A stretch of 64,000 bases of DNA from contig OX597818.1 of assembly GCA_951406725.2 (NCBI GenBank), positions 28,706,001 through 28,770,000 on the forward strand, given 5' to 3'. This DNA comes from Octopus vulgaris. Its lineage: Eukaryota. The position numbers and the translations under genes were made by a program. Below are positions 1 through 12,949 of this stretch, piece by piece. The notes under the pieces are model-generated. The model saw nothing but the letters and a program-made list of their open reading frames with translations. It made no database searches and was not told the origin of the DNA. Position 1 is the first letter of the stretch; each line of letters starts with the position of its first letter.

Positions 1-719
1 TACGGCTTTGATTTATTTTTTTATTAAAAATAAATAATATTATTGCTTTATATATATAATAAAGATTTACTTCTTCGAACCGTTTGGTCAATGTCAACTT
101 CCTGTGTCTGGTATTCTGACATAGTAACTAAGTAGCCAGCTATTTACAAATACACACACACACACACATATGTATGCATCATTACATTTGTGATGGTTTC
201 TGATGAATATTAATTTCTAAGGGTACTTTCATCTTTTATATTCTTCTCCAGCTTTCTGTTTGTGTATTTGTACATTCAAGCTCATTTCTGTAAAAATTCT
301 CCAATGTCAACAGGTCTGTTTCATATATAACTATTACCACCACAACGATTACTATCACTGCTAACCACTGCCACTTCTACTTTATACTGTCACTATGACA
401 ACTAAAAGTTCTGTCACTAATACTTATACTACAAATACTACTAATGCAACCACCACCACCACTACTACTGTCATCATCATCATTAATTATCAAGCTGACA
501 GAATTGCTAGCACGCCATGTGAGATACTTAGCGGTACTTCCTCTGTTGCTATGTTCTGAGTTCAAATTCCGCCAAGGTCAACTTTGCCTTTCATATGTCA
601 ACAGATCTGTTTTATAAGACATATATTTGTGTGTGCCCTCTCTGGACGGCCACACTGCTGGTGAGATGGTCAATGATCTCATAATTCATAAATCTTTAGC
701 AACAGTCAACGGCTCTGTG

Positions 720-1837
720 AGTGAGCCATCTTAGCTCCACATAATGATGCAGTCAACAAAATCAACTGGAATTTCTTGCAGCCCTTGCCAAGGCAAGAAC
801 AGTCTTTCAAATCCCTCAACACCGTCATTGATCCAGGTCAGGCTGTAGTTTTCCAACTGAGTTCCTGAACTCTCTACAGCTATCTGAGAAGCCACCTCAC
901 CACTTAAACACTTAAAGAGCGGACACCAATCATGCTGCCAAAGAATTTGGATCCACTTTGTCTGTGCAATGGCACCAGACTGGTGGTGAAAGCGATGCAA
1001 CCCCATTTCCTAGCAGCAACAATTATGACTGGGAACTATAAGGGTGAAGATGTCTTCATTCCATGGATCCTGTTAATCCCATATGACCTCTCCTTTGAAT
1101 TTAAACGGTTCTGGTTCCCAGGGAAACTAAGTTTCATTTTGTCAATAAACAAATCTCAAGGAGAGTCTCTCAAGGTTGTTGGACTTCACTGTGCTTCTCT
1201 CATGGGCAATTATATGTAAGATGTTCATGAGTTGGACGTTCCCCAAACCTTTTCATGTATACACCAATAAAAGGACACACTTAAAACACTGCGTATTTAG
1301 AAGCTCTAGAATCTAGATCATTAAAATGCGATTGATATCCAAATTTGTTTCAATACATTTGTTTATACTCACATCATCTGATAGAAATTTTGTTAAATGT
1401 ATTTATAAACAGGAGAGGAGCACCTGGAGGGCAGTTCTCAAATTTATGCATTTTCAGGTTCAATATGTTTCAAATAAGTACTGACAATTGAAGGTGATTA
1501 CAAAAACAAAGAACTACCTGCATTTTTAACAATTTTAACAATGAGAACATCAGACAAAACATATTATTGACATATACAGTTGGTACCTCAGCTTATTAGC
1601 TGTTGAGAACTGCATAATCCATGTTTCATTTTACTTAGAGATTAGAAAGCATAGTTAAAAATCATTACTTTCAATTACCTGGGAAATGTCGGGGTATTAA
1701 CATATGAAATTGGTACCTCAGCTACTAGAAGGGGAGACCTGCATAGTCTATGTTTCATGTCAGTTAGAGATCTAGAAGTCTTTTACAAATTTCTTTATTT
1801 TCTTTAACCTGGTCAACATTGGGTATTTTTTGCTAGC
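720..1837 (+). mobile_element. Helitron 3' fragment (PIF1-like helicase C-terminus plus 3' terminus)
   Basis: ORF 932-1219 (NLDPLCLCNGTRLVV...GEDVFIP.I.LIP...F.FKR..FP..LSF..SINKSQGESL..VGL) matches the PIF1/Helitron helicase C-terminus and is frameshifted. It ends in a decayed subterminal hairpin plus CTAG at about 1808-1837. Confidence 0.8.
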
Positions 1838-1856
1838 ATATATATATATATATATA

Positions 1857-3711
1857 TGGTAAAGGTGGTTGATCCTGCGAAATAGCAGTTAAATCAATTG
1901 CTGCAGGAGAGGAAATGGAATCGACAGATAGATCGCTAGTAACACAAAAGACAAAAGTGCAAGCATGCTGGTGTGATGCGCGACACAGATAATTTTCTCT
2001 GTTAATTACGTGACCAACAGGAGTCTAACAGGGAAAAATAATTACGCCTAAAACATGGGCGCAGCGCATGTGAACATCCGACGTTCTATGAGTCGGGAAA
2101 AGAATTAAGCTAACGCAAACGTGTTGCAAAAACAAGGCAATACACGTGAGAAGCAAAGGCGCATGAAATGCAATAGGGCTTGCCAGACCGAAAAACAGCA
2201 ATGAATATGCCAGTGGTTGAGCGATTATATGCCTCGTTCGTACAGGAACAAAAGTATGACATGCTGGCGCGTTATAATGGACAAACAACCCTCTCTATGT
2301 ATACGTGACCGACCTAGGGTCTACAGAAATGAGGTGTGTCCACAAAGGCAAATTAGCATGGAAAAACAAGCGAGAAAAGCATGTGTGACGTATGTATGTG
2401 AGAGAGATAGCATTTATGTGTGTGTACGTGTGTGCGACAGAATATACAAACAAGGTGAATGCGAGCAAAAATAAAAATACAGCGCATAGAAAAATGTCTC
2501 TCAGGGCTATCTCAGACAATGGAGTTAATTTACCAGTCTCTAATAGCCTGATGCACAATAGCAGTTCGTTCTGTAACAGAATGTTGAAATCACAAATGCA
2601 GATGCCGGTTGAACACAATGTGTAGCGGTTGTAGCTTCGATGCTGTGACAGGTTAAATCGTTACAGAAGAATCTCGCAAATAGACTGGGCTGTTAATCCT
2701 TGGCGCGCTATGCACGAACAGCGTGAAAGCTAAAGTTCCGCGAGTTGCTATGTACATCTTGGTCGACGGTGTTGAAAGGCGACGGTGGTGGTGGAAGGCG
2801 ACTGTAGTGGACTAGAGACAACATTGTTCTTAGTGGTGATGGCGACGAAGATAACGACGACGTGAAGTTCTAAGACGACGATGATGATGACGAAGGCAGA
2901 GAAAAAGCATCGATGATATGATGGCGTCCGTCATTATGTTGAAGAATAAAAAAGGCTCCTTCTATAACTGTCCGAGGGGACCGGAAACAAATCGTCGAAA
3001 GATGATGACTGCGTAGAGTTAAATCGTGTTCCGACCTGGCAGAAAAACTGGATTTCTTTGTTGTTAAGTGATCTCTGGTTTTAGACCAGAATCACGTCGG
3101 GGTCACCAGTGTAACGAACAGTGAATATCTTCTCTTGCACTTTTGGGGTGCAGTTGGTGCAATCACTATCCGTTGCTTTAATAATCCAGATTCTACCAGT
3201 CAGAAACAACAAGACGCAGACGTAAAATATATATATCTACTTTATTCTCTCATGACAGTAACAGATAATTGGTATATCTGATATCCTTGGTATAGATGTG
3301 TCAGAGCTGAACTATATCGCTGTAGAATCTACAGTGTTCAAATACAAAACAACACTGGTCAAAGATGGCGTCCGGAACAGGGAGAAGATGTGGTCTGCAA
3401 CAATTCAGGTTAAAAGTCTTTTGTTAAAGGCTGCTGCTATAATCAAGTTCGGACAGAGAGAAAAGAACTAACGTCCGTTACCTTCAGTCGTCGTGCCTCA
3501 AGTCAATGACTGCTGCTGGACGCTAGTGGTCAACGTCCTACGATCCCCCTGCCTCGGCTAACTGCCACGTAGGCAAAAGGGTCCTTCTTCCGGTGCTTCG
3601 CGCATGCGCGAGAGGGCCCTTCCTCTCTCTGCCCATCAGAAGGCACAAACTCCGCACGCGCGAAACAGGAATGGACGGTGCGCGCGCGCGCCGCTGTATA
3701 GCGTCACTACA
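1857..3711 (-). mobile_element. Truncated LTR retrotransposon (probably Gypsy-like): 5' LTR, PBS and leader, between (TA)n tracts
   Basis: LTR 3110-3711 is bounded by TGTA...TACA. On the minus strand it is followed by TGGTGACCCCGACGTGA (3092-3108), complementary to the tRNA-Trp 3' end. The region is CpG-rich, with no second LTR and no recognisable gag/pol. Confidence 0.75.
3092..3108 (-). promoter_or_regulatory. Primer binding site (tRNA-Trp)
   Basis: The + strand reads tcacgtcggggtcacca, the eukaryotic tRNA-Trp 3' end including CCA, 1 nt from the LTR edge. Confidence 0.8.
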
Positions 3712-4073
3712 TATATATATGGTGGTGGTTGTCTACTCCTTAAGCAGAGCTTGACCACCTCCTGTACCTGCATCTTAGAACCATCATGGCATCTGATGTG
3801 GGTTTTTGTAAACCAAATACTGTTTTGAAAAGACAACCACATAGATTGCATATCCAATTTCAACCACCAAGAGCTGCAGATAAGTTCTGATCTTCGTGGA
3901 TCTTAAAAACGTCTTTTGAGGCCTCTGTCAGATTTGCAAACTTTCTGGCATACATTGCATTGAAAGGTGTGCACAGATGTATAGGCAGAATAGTTGGTGG
4001 AGGATCGTTTTCCATGGATTTACAAATGAGATTTGAGCCCAGCAAAAGACAGGCATGGTCTCTCACAAACTGC

Positions 4074-4104
<31 letters not shown>

Positions 4105-4135
4105 TAGATATAGATATAGGTATATATACAAATAC

Positions 4136-4222
<87 letters not shown>
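4074..4222. repeat. Compound (TA)n/(GA)n microsatellite
   Basis: Directly visible. Confidence 0.95.
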
Positions 4223-4225
<3 letters not shown>

Positions 4226-7200
4226 CTTGACTGGAGATGTGTCGATTTGTGCTGCCTCCAAGAAGTAAGGTAGTGAGGAGGTTCTGCTAGGTTCCTCACA
4301 GGCAAAGAACACAGGTACAAGATTTTCTGGGTAGGGAACACTGACGGGGTTGGGGGCGTGGGTATACTTCTTGCAGAGAAATGGGTTGATAAGGTAATCA
4401 AGGTAGTCAGAGTTTGCAACAGAATACTTAAGATTAGATAAGTGCTTCATCGTGGGTTAGCAACCATTATCTTGACCTATGTCCCTCAGCCGGGGCTACC
4501 TGATGGAAAGAAAGACCAATTTTATGACACCCTCTTGCAGACTACCTCATTGACTAATGACAGGGAACTTCTCTTTCTAGCTGTTGACTTCAATGGACAC
4601 GGACAACATGCAGGGGGCTTCCATCGCATACATGGAGGCTACGGTTTTGGTTCCCACAATGAGGAAGGAACCAGGCTGCTGGAGTTCTGTGATGCAAATG
4701 ATGTTATGGTTTGCTGCAATACTAACTTCAGGAAACTTGCCAATCATCTAGTCATCTATACTTCTGGCAGACACACCAGCCAAATTGATTACATCCTTGC
4801 CAGAAAAAGGGAAAGATGGCTGCTTATAAATGCCAAAACCTTCGCAGGTGATGAATGTACCCCCACAACATAGACTAAGTAGTAGCGACTTCAGGATTAG
4901 GGCTAAATGGATGCCCAGAAGATGACCAGCATGGAGGAGAAGGGTCTGGAAGCTTAAAGATCCTGTGAATGGACAGATTTTTAGAGACGTATTACTGGAA
5001 GCCTTTGACGAAATAAAAGGGGATATAGCTTCACATGATGTAGAAGACAACTGGATGTTTCTACAGAACAACATGCTAAGGGCCACTGACCAAATCTGTG
5101 GATAGTGCGAAGTGTCCTCTCAACCCAAAATAATGTGGTCGAACAATGTCATTAACAGGGCTATTAGAGAAAAGAAACAGGCTTGGAAGGATTGGAAGAA
5201 CGCTGGTAGCAGGGAATTGTATCAGACTGCCAGAAGGGAAGCTTGGAGATAGGTTTATATAGCCAGAGGGGAAGCAGATAAGAAACATTTTGCCAATGTT
5301 CTGCACCGTGAGGACCAAAGACATGAGGTATTTCGTGTTGCAAAACAGTGTGTGAGAGAGAATTGTGATGTCATAGGCGAGAAATGTGTCCGTATGGATG
5401 ATGGTTCACTTTCACTAAACCAGGCTGCAAAGAGAGAGGTTTGGAGACACCACTATGAAAGAGAATGAATGGGAGAAGGAAAGTCTGCCAAATGTCAACC
5501 CAACAGAGGAACCAGCTATCCAAGTCGACAGTACCTTGGTAGATAAAGCAATTAAGAGTATGAAGACAGGGAAAGCCTCTGGCTCATCAGGAATCCCCGC
5601 AGAGATGCTCAAAATATCTGGCAGTGTTGGCTATAGCCTAGTCACCCATATAGTTAACCAGGTGATACACGAAGGAGTCATACCCAATGACTGGTGTAGC
5701 AGCACCATAGTCAACTGCTACAAAGGTAAAGGTGATGCTTTAGATACAAATAATTACAGAGGCATCAAGTTGTTGGATCAGGTAATGAAGGTAACGGAGA
5801 GGGTCATAACACAAGAAATTAGGGAGAGTGTCTGTTTAGATCAGATGCAGTTTGGGTTTGTGCCAGGGAAAAGCACCACTGATGCTATATTTCTGGTAAG
5901 ATAGCTGCAAGAGAAATACCTAGCCAAAGATAAACCTCTGTACCTGGCTTTCATTGACATGAAGAAAGCCTTTGATAGGGTCCCCCGATCCCTTATCTGG
6001 TGGTCAATGTGGAAACTAGGGATAGAAGAATGTTTAGTGAGAGCTGTACAAGCCATGTACAGGGAAGATGTCAGTAAGCTGAGAGTTGGCAATGAGTACA
6101 CTGAAGAATTCTGGGTAGAGGTAGTTGCCCACCAAGGTTCAGTCCTCAGCCCCCTCCTATTTATCACAGTCCTCCAGGTAATAACAGAGGAATTCAAGCT
6201 CCTCTATGCTGACGACCTTGCTCTAATTGTTCAGTCACTATCAGAACTAGAGGAGAAATTTCAGGTGTAGAAGCAAGGATTAGAATCGAAGGGCCTTAGA
6301 GCCAACTAGGCTAAAACCAAAGTCCTAATAAGTAGGAAGGCAGACAAACCACAAATCCCTTCAGGTAGATGGCCCTCCTCGATCTGTAGAAAAGGTGTAG
6401 GTAGAAACTCTATAAGAGGTGCAGTAATATCAAAGGAAGGCTAACTGGGAAAATAGTTTTTGTATGTGGCAGATGCTCAGGAGCAATAAACACTGAAAAT
6501 GTGCAGAGAACAACTTCTGCCACATTCCAGGGAGAAAAACTAGAAGTAGTTGATAGCTTCCATTACTTAGGTGACCAAGTCAGTAGCAGGGGTGGGTGCA
6601 CTGAAAGTGTAGCTGCTAGAATAAGAATAGCCTAGGCAAAATTCAGATAGCTCTTACCTCTGCTGGTGACAAAGGGCTTCTCGCTCAGAGTAAATGGTAG
6701 ACTGTATGACGCATGTGTATGAACAGCCATACTACATGGCAGTGATACATGGGCTGTGACTGCTGAGGACATGTGTAAGCTTGCAATGAATAAAGCCAGT
6801 ATGCTCCGCTGGATGTGTAATGTCATTGTGCATACTTGACGGAGTGTAAGTACCTTGAGAAAAAAGTTGGACCTAAGAAGCATCAGATGTGATGTGCAAG
6901 AGAGACAACTGCACTGGTATAGTCATGAGGCGAGAATGGATGAGGATAGCTGTGTGAAAAAGTTCCACACCCAAGCAGTTGAGGGAACCTGTGGAAGAGG
7001 TAGACCCAGAAAGACCTGGGACGAAGTGGTGAAGCATGACCTTTGAACATTAGGCCTCACCGAGGGAATGACTAGTGACTTAAACCATTGGAAATATGCT
7101 GTTCTTGAGAAGTCCTGGCAAGCCAAGTGAGACCATAACCCTTGGCCCATGCCAGGGGTGTAACCAGCCCACTTATGCATACCTTTCCTTCATTGGACAT

Positions 7201-7520
7201 TAAACTCTGCTTGCGAAGACCTGTTGAGGCAAGTGAAATCAAAATCGAAATCAAATTCGATGATTGGCATCTGTGCTAGTGGGGCACTAAGAGCACCATC
7301 TGTGCATGATCATTGCCTGAGCAACTGACTGGCTTGTGTGCCAGTGGCATGTAAAAGCACCCACTATACTCTTGGAGTGGTTGGCATTAGGAAGAGCATC
7401 CAGCTGTAGAAACTCTGCCAGATCAGATTGGAGCCTTGTGCAGCCATTTGGTTCACCAGTCCTCAGTCAAATCGTCCAACCAATGCTAGCATAGAAAGCG
7501 GGTGTTAGACAATGATGATG

Positions 7521-7522
<2 letters not shown>
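4223..7522 (+). mobile_element. Near full-length degenerate RTE-clade LINE (APE endonuclease, RT, 3' UTR)
   Basis: APE motifs (GVGILL, YVPQ, DFNGH, SQIDYIL) and RT motifs (QFGFVPGKSTTDA, KAFDRVP, QGSVLSPLLF, YADDL), C-terminal GRGRPRKTW, many stops and frameshifts, (GAT)n tail. Confidence 0.93.
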
Positions 7523-7551
<29 letters not shown>

Positions 7552-8075
7552 GTTGAGATTCAGTGGAATTAGGTACTTAAGTTGAAGCACCAAGTCAGTC
7601 CGGTATTATCTGCACTCCTTGAAGTAAGGTGAATAAAATCGAAATAAGGAATAGGATATCAAGTAGTGATGCAGTACAACCATTTCAAGTGGCTCCATTT
7701 ATTTGAACAATGCAATCATTACATCAGTTTAAATGCAGTGTCATCATCAGCTGCACAAATAAATAGAATTTTAACCAGTTGGACATATTAAAATAATTTT
7801 TCCAAAATACTTTAACAGAGCATGAAGATGGAAGAAATTCATGTTGTCACTATTGTAGCTAAGAATAGATTACACTTCCAAGAATGGCATGAAGCTCACT
7901 GGAGTCATAGTTTGTAAAGGATGAAGCAACCAAAAAGGTCACACATGACAGCACTGTTGAAGACACCCATTGCAACATCGAAGGAGCCTTCCGAGTCAGT
8001 TCTTCTGTGCGTCAAGCTAATTTCTTATGCACATCCTCATGCTGTTCATTTTTATTCATTTATTTGAATTGACTA
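7552..8075 (-). mobile_element. Probable Penelope-like pLTR remnant with degenerate hammerhead motif
   Basis: Minus strand 7669-7756 reads tgcag-CTGATGA-...-GAAA-tggttg-TA-ctgca (stem I plus core); the segment is flanked by TA tracts. Confidence 0.4.
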
Positions 8076-8084
8076 TATATATAC

Positions 8085-8415
8085 TTTGCTTTTCATCCTT
8101 TCAGGCTTGATAAATTAAGTACAAGTAAAACACTGGGGTCGATGTAATTGACTAGTCCCCTCCCCACAAATTTCAAGCCTTGTACCCATAGAAGAAAGGA
8201 TTATTATTATTATTGGCAGAATTGTTAAGTCACTGAATAAAATGCTCAGCAGCATTCGTTTGTTTTATGTTCTCAGTTCAAATTCATTTGAGGTTAACCT
8301 TCATCCTTTTGGGGTCGATAAAATAAGTGCCAGTTGAATACAAGGGTTGATGTAATTGAAAGGCCCCACCCCACAAATCTCAGGCCTTATGCCTATAGCA
8401 GAAAGGATTATTATT
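8085..8415 (+). mobile_element. Two tandem SINE copies (Nin/Deu-domain-like family)
   Basis: Repeated ttcatccttt.ggg..gataaa.taagt core with (att)n tails; the same family occurs at about 500, 21660, 26950, 35175 and 38880. Confidence 0.7.
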
Positions 8416-8769
8416 ATGACTGAGACCTTTGGCAATATGCTGTGCTTAAGAAGGCGACCCATCAAGCCAAGTGAAATCATGGTCATGGCAGATACTGGTG
8501 TCATGCTGCTGGCACCTGTGCTGGTGGTATATAAAAGCATCCATTACACTGTCAGGGTGGTTGGCGTTAGAAAGGGCATCCAACTGTAAAGACCAGGCCA
8601 AATCAGAATGGAGTCTGGTGCAGCCCCTCAGCTTACTTGCCAGCATAGACCATGGACATCAAATGATGATGGCACACACACACATGTATACACACACACA
8701 CACACACACATATGTACATATATAAATACTGATGCTTGTCTTGGATCACAATATAATAGAGTTGACCAC

Positions 8770-10830
8770 GCATAGACAAAAGGAACCTGCAGACATGCAG
8801 CCTATGAATAACACCCAAGACCTATCCAATCTGAACTACCACAAAGCAGATTGGAAATCAGTTGAGAAAGAGATCACTGAACAGGATTGATCCCTATCTC
8901 TCTCTACACCTGACACCAACATGAAATTGAAAACCTTTATGACCATAATGCAAGCCATATACTATTATTTTGTCCAGAGAGAAAGGCCACTGCACATAAA
9001 AATGAGATTCCCAGTGAGAGAAAAGTTCTTATGAGATGATGAACAAAGATTGCAAACCATCTCAACAGAGAACTCAATGAAAAATCCTGCCTGGAAATAG
9101 CACTGCTGGAGATTGAGAAACATTCGAAATGCTCCCATGAAAAAGAAAGAGCAGACAAAGAAGTCGAGGTTATAAAAAATATAAAATCAAACCTTAAAGC
9201 CTGCTTTAAGTACTCCAAAGAAACTGCCTCTGTGCATTGCAAGGTAGGGTCACACCCCCAAAACGATGTTTCCGGCAAAGGAAACTTGATGAGGATAGTT
9301 GAAACACAGAATAAACAATTCAAAAGTGTCTTAACCCCACCCTTATGACACATGCAAGTTAGCAAACCTGTAGAGCTCTTTTCCACTACAGATGCAGAAA
9401 AGAAGACAGTGACAGTTGATCACATCAACATCAAAGAAGAGGATGTTATACTGGCAATAGATGATGTGAACACAAACTCAGCTGCTGGCCCCAATGGATT
9501 CCCAGCAATCCTCCTTAAGTCATGTAAGTGAACCCTTGCAAATGGTAAGCTCCCAGACAAAATGAAAGAGGGAATAATATCCCCTATTCATAAAGGAGGA
9601 AGCAGAGCAGATGCATTCTTGGAAAAGAATGACTTGCTGATCAACACCCAGCATGGTTTTCGACCAGGTTGAAGCTGCCTGACACAGCTCTTGCAGCACT
9701 ATGACTAGGTGTTGAAGCAACTGTTCACCAACTCAAAAACGGATGTGATATATCTCTACTTTGCAAAAGCTCTTGATAAATTCGACCATGGTATGACATG
9801 GGGGTCACTGATATTCATTGCGGCCCTTTCAGACATGCTCCCAACTGCTCAGATAGCCACCCTTGCTAGCTATGTAGATGACACAAATCAATCTTTCAGA
9901 GGATACAGAACCCTGGAAATGTTGCGCATCTGCAGTGGGAATTGGACACAATATACAAGTGGGTTGAGGAAAATAACATGCAATTTAACGAAGGTAAAAT
10001 TCTTAGCCCTGCGCTGCCAGCACACGAAGCTTAATGGAAAGCAGACAGGGCACACTGGTCCAGGGTGGATTGCAATTCCTAAACCAAAATCAGTGCACAA
10101 CCTGCGCATTGACATGTGTAATGATGCATCTTTCCATGTACATATTGCTAATTTAGCAATAAAATGCAGACAATTGAATGGATAGATCCTTCAAACTTTC
10201 GGAATGAGAGAACAGGAAATTATGATAGTCCTCTGATGACATTTCTCCTCAGCCATTTAGATTACTACTCCCCTCTATGGTCACCACACAGTATAAAATT
10301 AACGATAGAATTTGAAGCAATCCAGCAATGCTATGCAAGGGAGATTGTCTCAATATGATATGTCAGCTATTAGGGAAGACTTAAAAGGTTAAGACTCTAA
10401 TCCTGAGAATAAAGGCAGGAAAGATACACAGTAAGATACAACTAGAAAATCCTAAAAGAACTTGTAACAAACTTTGGAATTTTCAATTACACAGCACTAC
10501 GGGATGGCACTGCATGGTACCAAAAATACCGAAATTGCCATCAGAATATAGGACGAGATATTGCAACAGTTTGGGCTTCAAAGGCCTACAGCTTTTTTCA
10601 GTATATTCCCACAAAGTTTGAGTGACCTACCTGGTATCTTCAAAACAAAACTGGATCTCCTCTTGTCAAGAGTTCCAGATAGGGTTCAACTCTTGTCAAG
10701 AGCTCCAGAACCAACCTCATGGCAAAAAAATGCAGATGAAAGTAGCAACATCAAACTCCCCCATTCACCAAATTCCACACATCAGAAGTTTATTGAAACT
10801 GTAGCAAATCAAATGGTGGTGCCCAGCATG
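8770..10830 (+). mobile_element. Decayed CR1/L2-like LINE RT region
   Basis: Fragments AGPNGFP, QHGFRPG.SCLTQL, DVIYLYFAKALDK, YVDDT and HLDYYSPLWSP, with internal deletions and stops. Confidence 0.7.
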
Positions 10831-10839
10831 GTCTGGCAT

Positions 10840-11720
10840 CAAAGGGTCTTAAAGTTAACCTAGCTAAGACAAAAGCTATTGTTAGTAAGAAAGAAAATAA
10901 AACTCTCTTTCCATCAGGTAAATGGCTCTGCTCAATATGTAGGATAGGAGTTTGGAAGAAATTCCATTTGCTGTACCCAGTGTAAATTGTGGACACATAA
11001 GATGTGCAATGGAATAATAGGTAGATTAACATATAAAGTTGTCTTTGTATGTGGCAGATGCGCAGGAACAATAAGCACTCAGTGCACATGGGAATTAGAT
11101 TCTCTCAAATGCTCAAGAGGCTTTCTTGAGGGTATAGATAGTTTCTGTTACATAAGTGACCAAATTAATAATGTTGGATGGAGGATGCTCTGAAAGTAAT
11201 GTTTCTAGAATAAGAATAGGTGGAGGAAATTCAAAGAGCTATTACCTCTGTTGGCAACAAAAGGACTCTCCCTCAGAGTGAAAGATAGACTATATGATGC
11301 TTGTGTGTGAATGGCTATACTCCATGGTAGTGAGGCATGGGCTCTGGATGCAGAAGACATGTGGAGATTGGAGAGAAATGAAAAGTAATACGCTCCGTTG
11401 GATGTGCAACATCAGTGCACATGTATGGCAAAGTGCAAATGTACTGAGAGAAAAGTTGGGCGTAAGAGGAATCAAATGCAGCATGCAAGAGAGAAGACTA
11501 CGTTGGTTTGGGCATGTGATGCATATGAATGAAGACAGCAGCATAAAGAGGTGCCAATTACTGAAAGTGGATGGCACCCGCAGAAGAGGGAGACCCAGGA
11601 ACATGTGGGATGTAGTGGTATGGACTGATCTCAGGAAGTTGGGCCTCACAGAGGCAATGACAATGGACCAAGATGTCTGGCGATATGAAGTTCTTGAGAA
11701 GACCTGCCCACATCAGTGAA
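10840..11720 (+). mobile_element. RTE LINE 3' fragment
   Basis: Cys-rich insert and RRLRWFGHV...RRGRPRNMW motif. Confidence 0.85.
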
Positions 11721-12949
11721 ACTGAGTTCTAGAAGTGTTGTGTCTCACCCACACTTAACAAGAAAACTTTTCATACACTCTATCACAACAAACCAAACTA
11801 CGTCTCTACATCTCATCTCTTCCTCACATTTCCATTTCATGCACTATACTTACCTCCCACTTCCCAATCCTGTCCTCTTAGCCCTGTACCTCTGTATTAT
11901 TGCTCTCAGCTTGTCTCCAGCCTGCATGTTCTATGCACACAGTCTGTCTAACTGTACTATTGTTATCTGCTAGCCCCTGACCTGTGTCCCACCCACACAT
12001 AAAAAGAAATCTTTTCACTTACCCTCCCCCAACAAACAAATCTACATCTCCACATCTCTTTCTCATATTTCCTCCTTCACACTCTATGCCTAGCTCTCAC
12101 TTCCCTATCCTGTCCTCACGGTTTTGTTCCTCTGTATCATTGCTATCCGGTAGCCCCCCACACTAACTCTATATATACCCAGGTTTTTCACCACTTGCTT
12201 GTACTCCTTGATCACAATTCCTTTGCAATATCCTGTCACTAATATTATGGCATTTGAACTTCAAGAGTATGCCCTGGCACTTGCCACCACCTATATCTCT
12301 CTCTTCCTTTACTCAACCATCCCATTTATATACTGATCCTTGTTCCTTGTTAGTACACCTGGCATTTTGCCACTATCTCTAACATACAGTTTCTCACTCC
12401 CTCTCTCTCCTTCTGCACTTCCTTCAGGTAACCATATATTTCCTTTGCGGTAGCACACCTGCTTCTGTCTTCATTCCTGATCTTTCTCTCTCCAGCCAGG
12501 TAACCTTGAACTTCCTCTACAGCAAGACACCTGTCAGTGCAGGTGCCACTTAAAAGCACCCAGTCCACACTGTAAAGTGGTTGGTGTTCAGAAGGGCATG
12601 CAGCTGTAAAAATCCTGCCAAAACAGTAGTAGGAGTCTGGTGCAGACTTCTGCCTGGCTGGCTCTTCTGAAACCAGCCTATCCATGCTAGCACGAAAACA
12701 ATGATGACGTTAAACAATGATGATAATGATGATGATATATATATTCTTTTATTCTTTTATTTGTTTCAGTCATTTGACTGTGGCCATGCTGCAGCACTGC
12801 CTTTAGTCAAACAAATCAACCCCCGGGACTCATTCTTTGTATGTTTAGTACTTATGCCATTGGTTTCTTTGGTCGAACTGCTAAGTTATGGGGATGTAAA
12901 CACACCAGCATCGGATGTCAAGCGATGGTGGGTGTGGGGGCTTTGCCAT

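Noticed and set aside
2025-2625. ORFs within the LTR element as gag
   Set aside because: Short, overlapping and without recognisable gag motifs.
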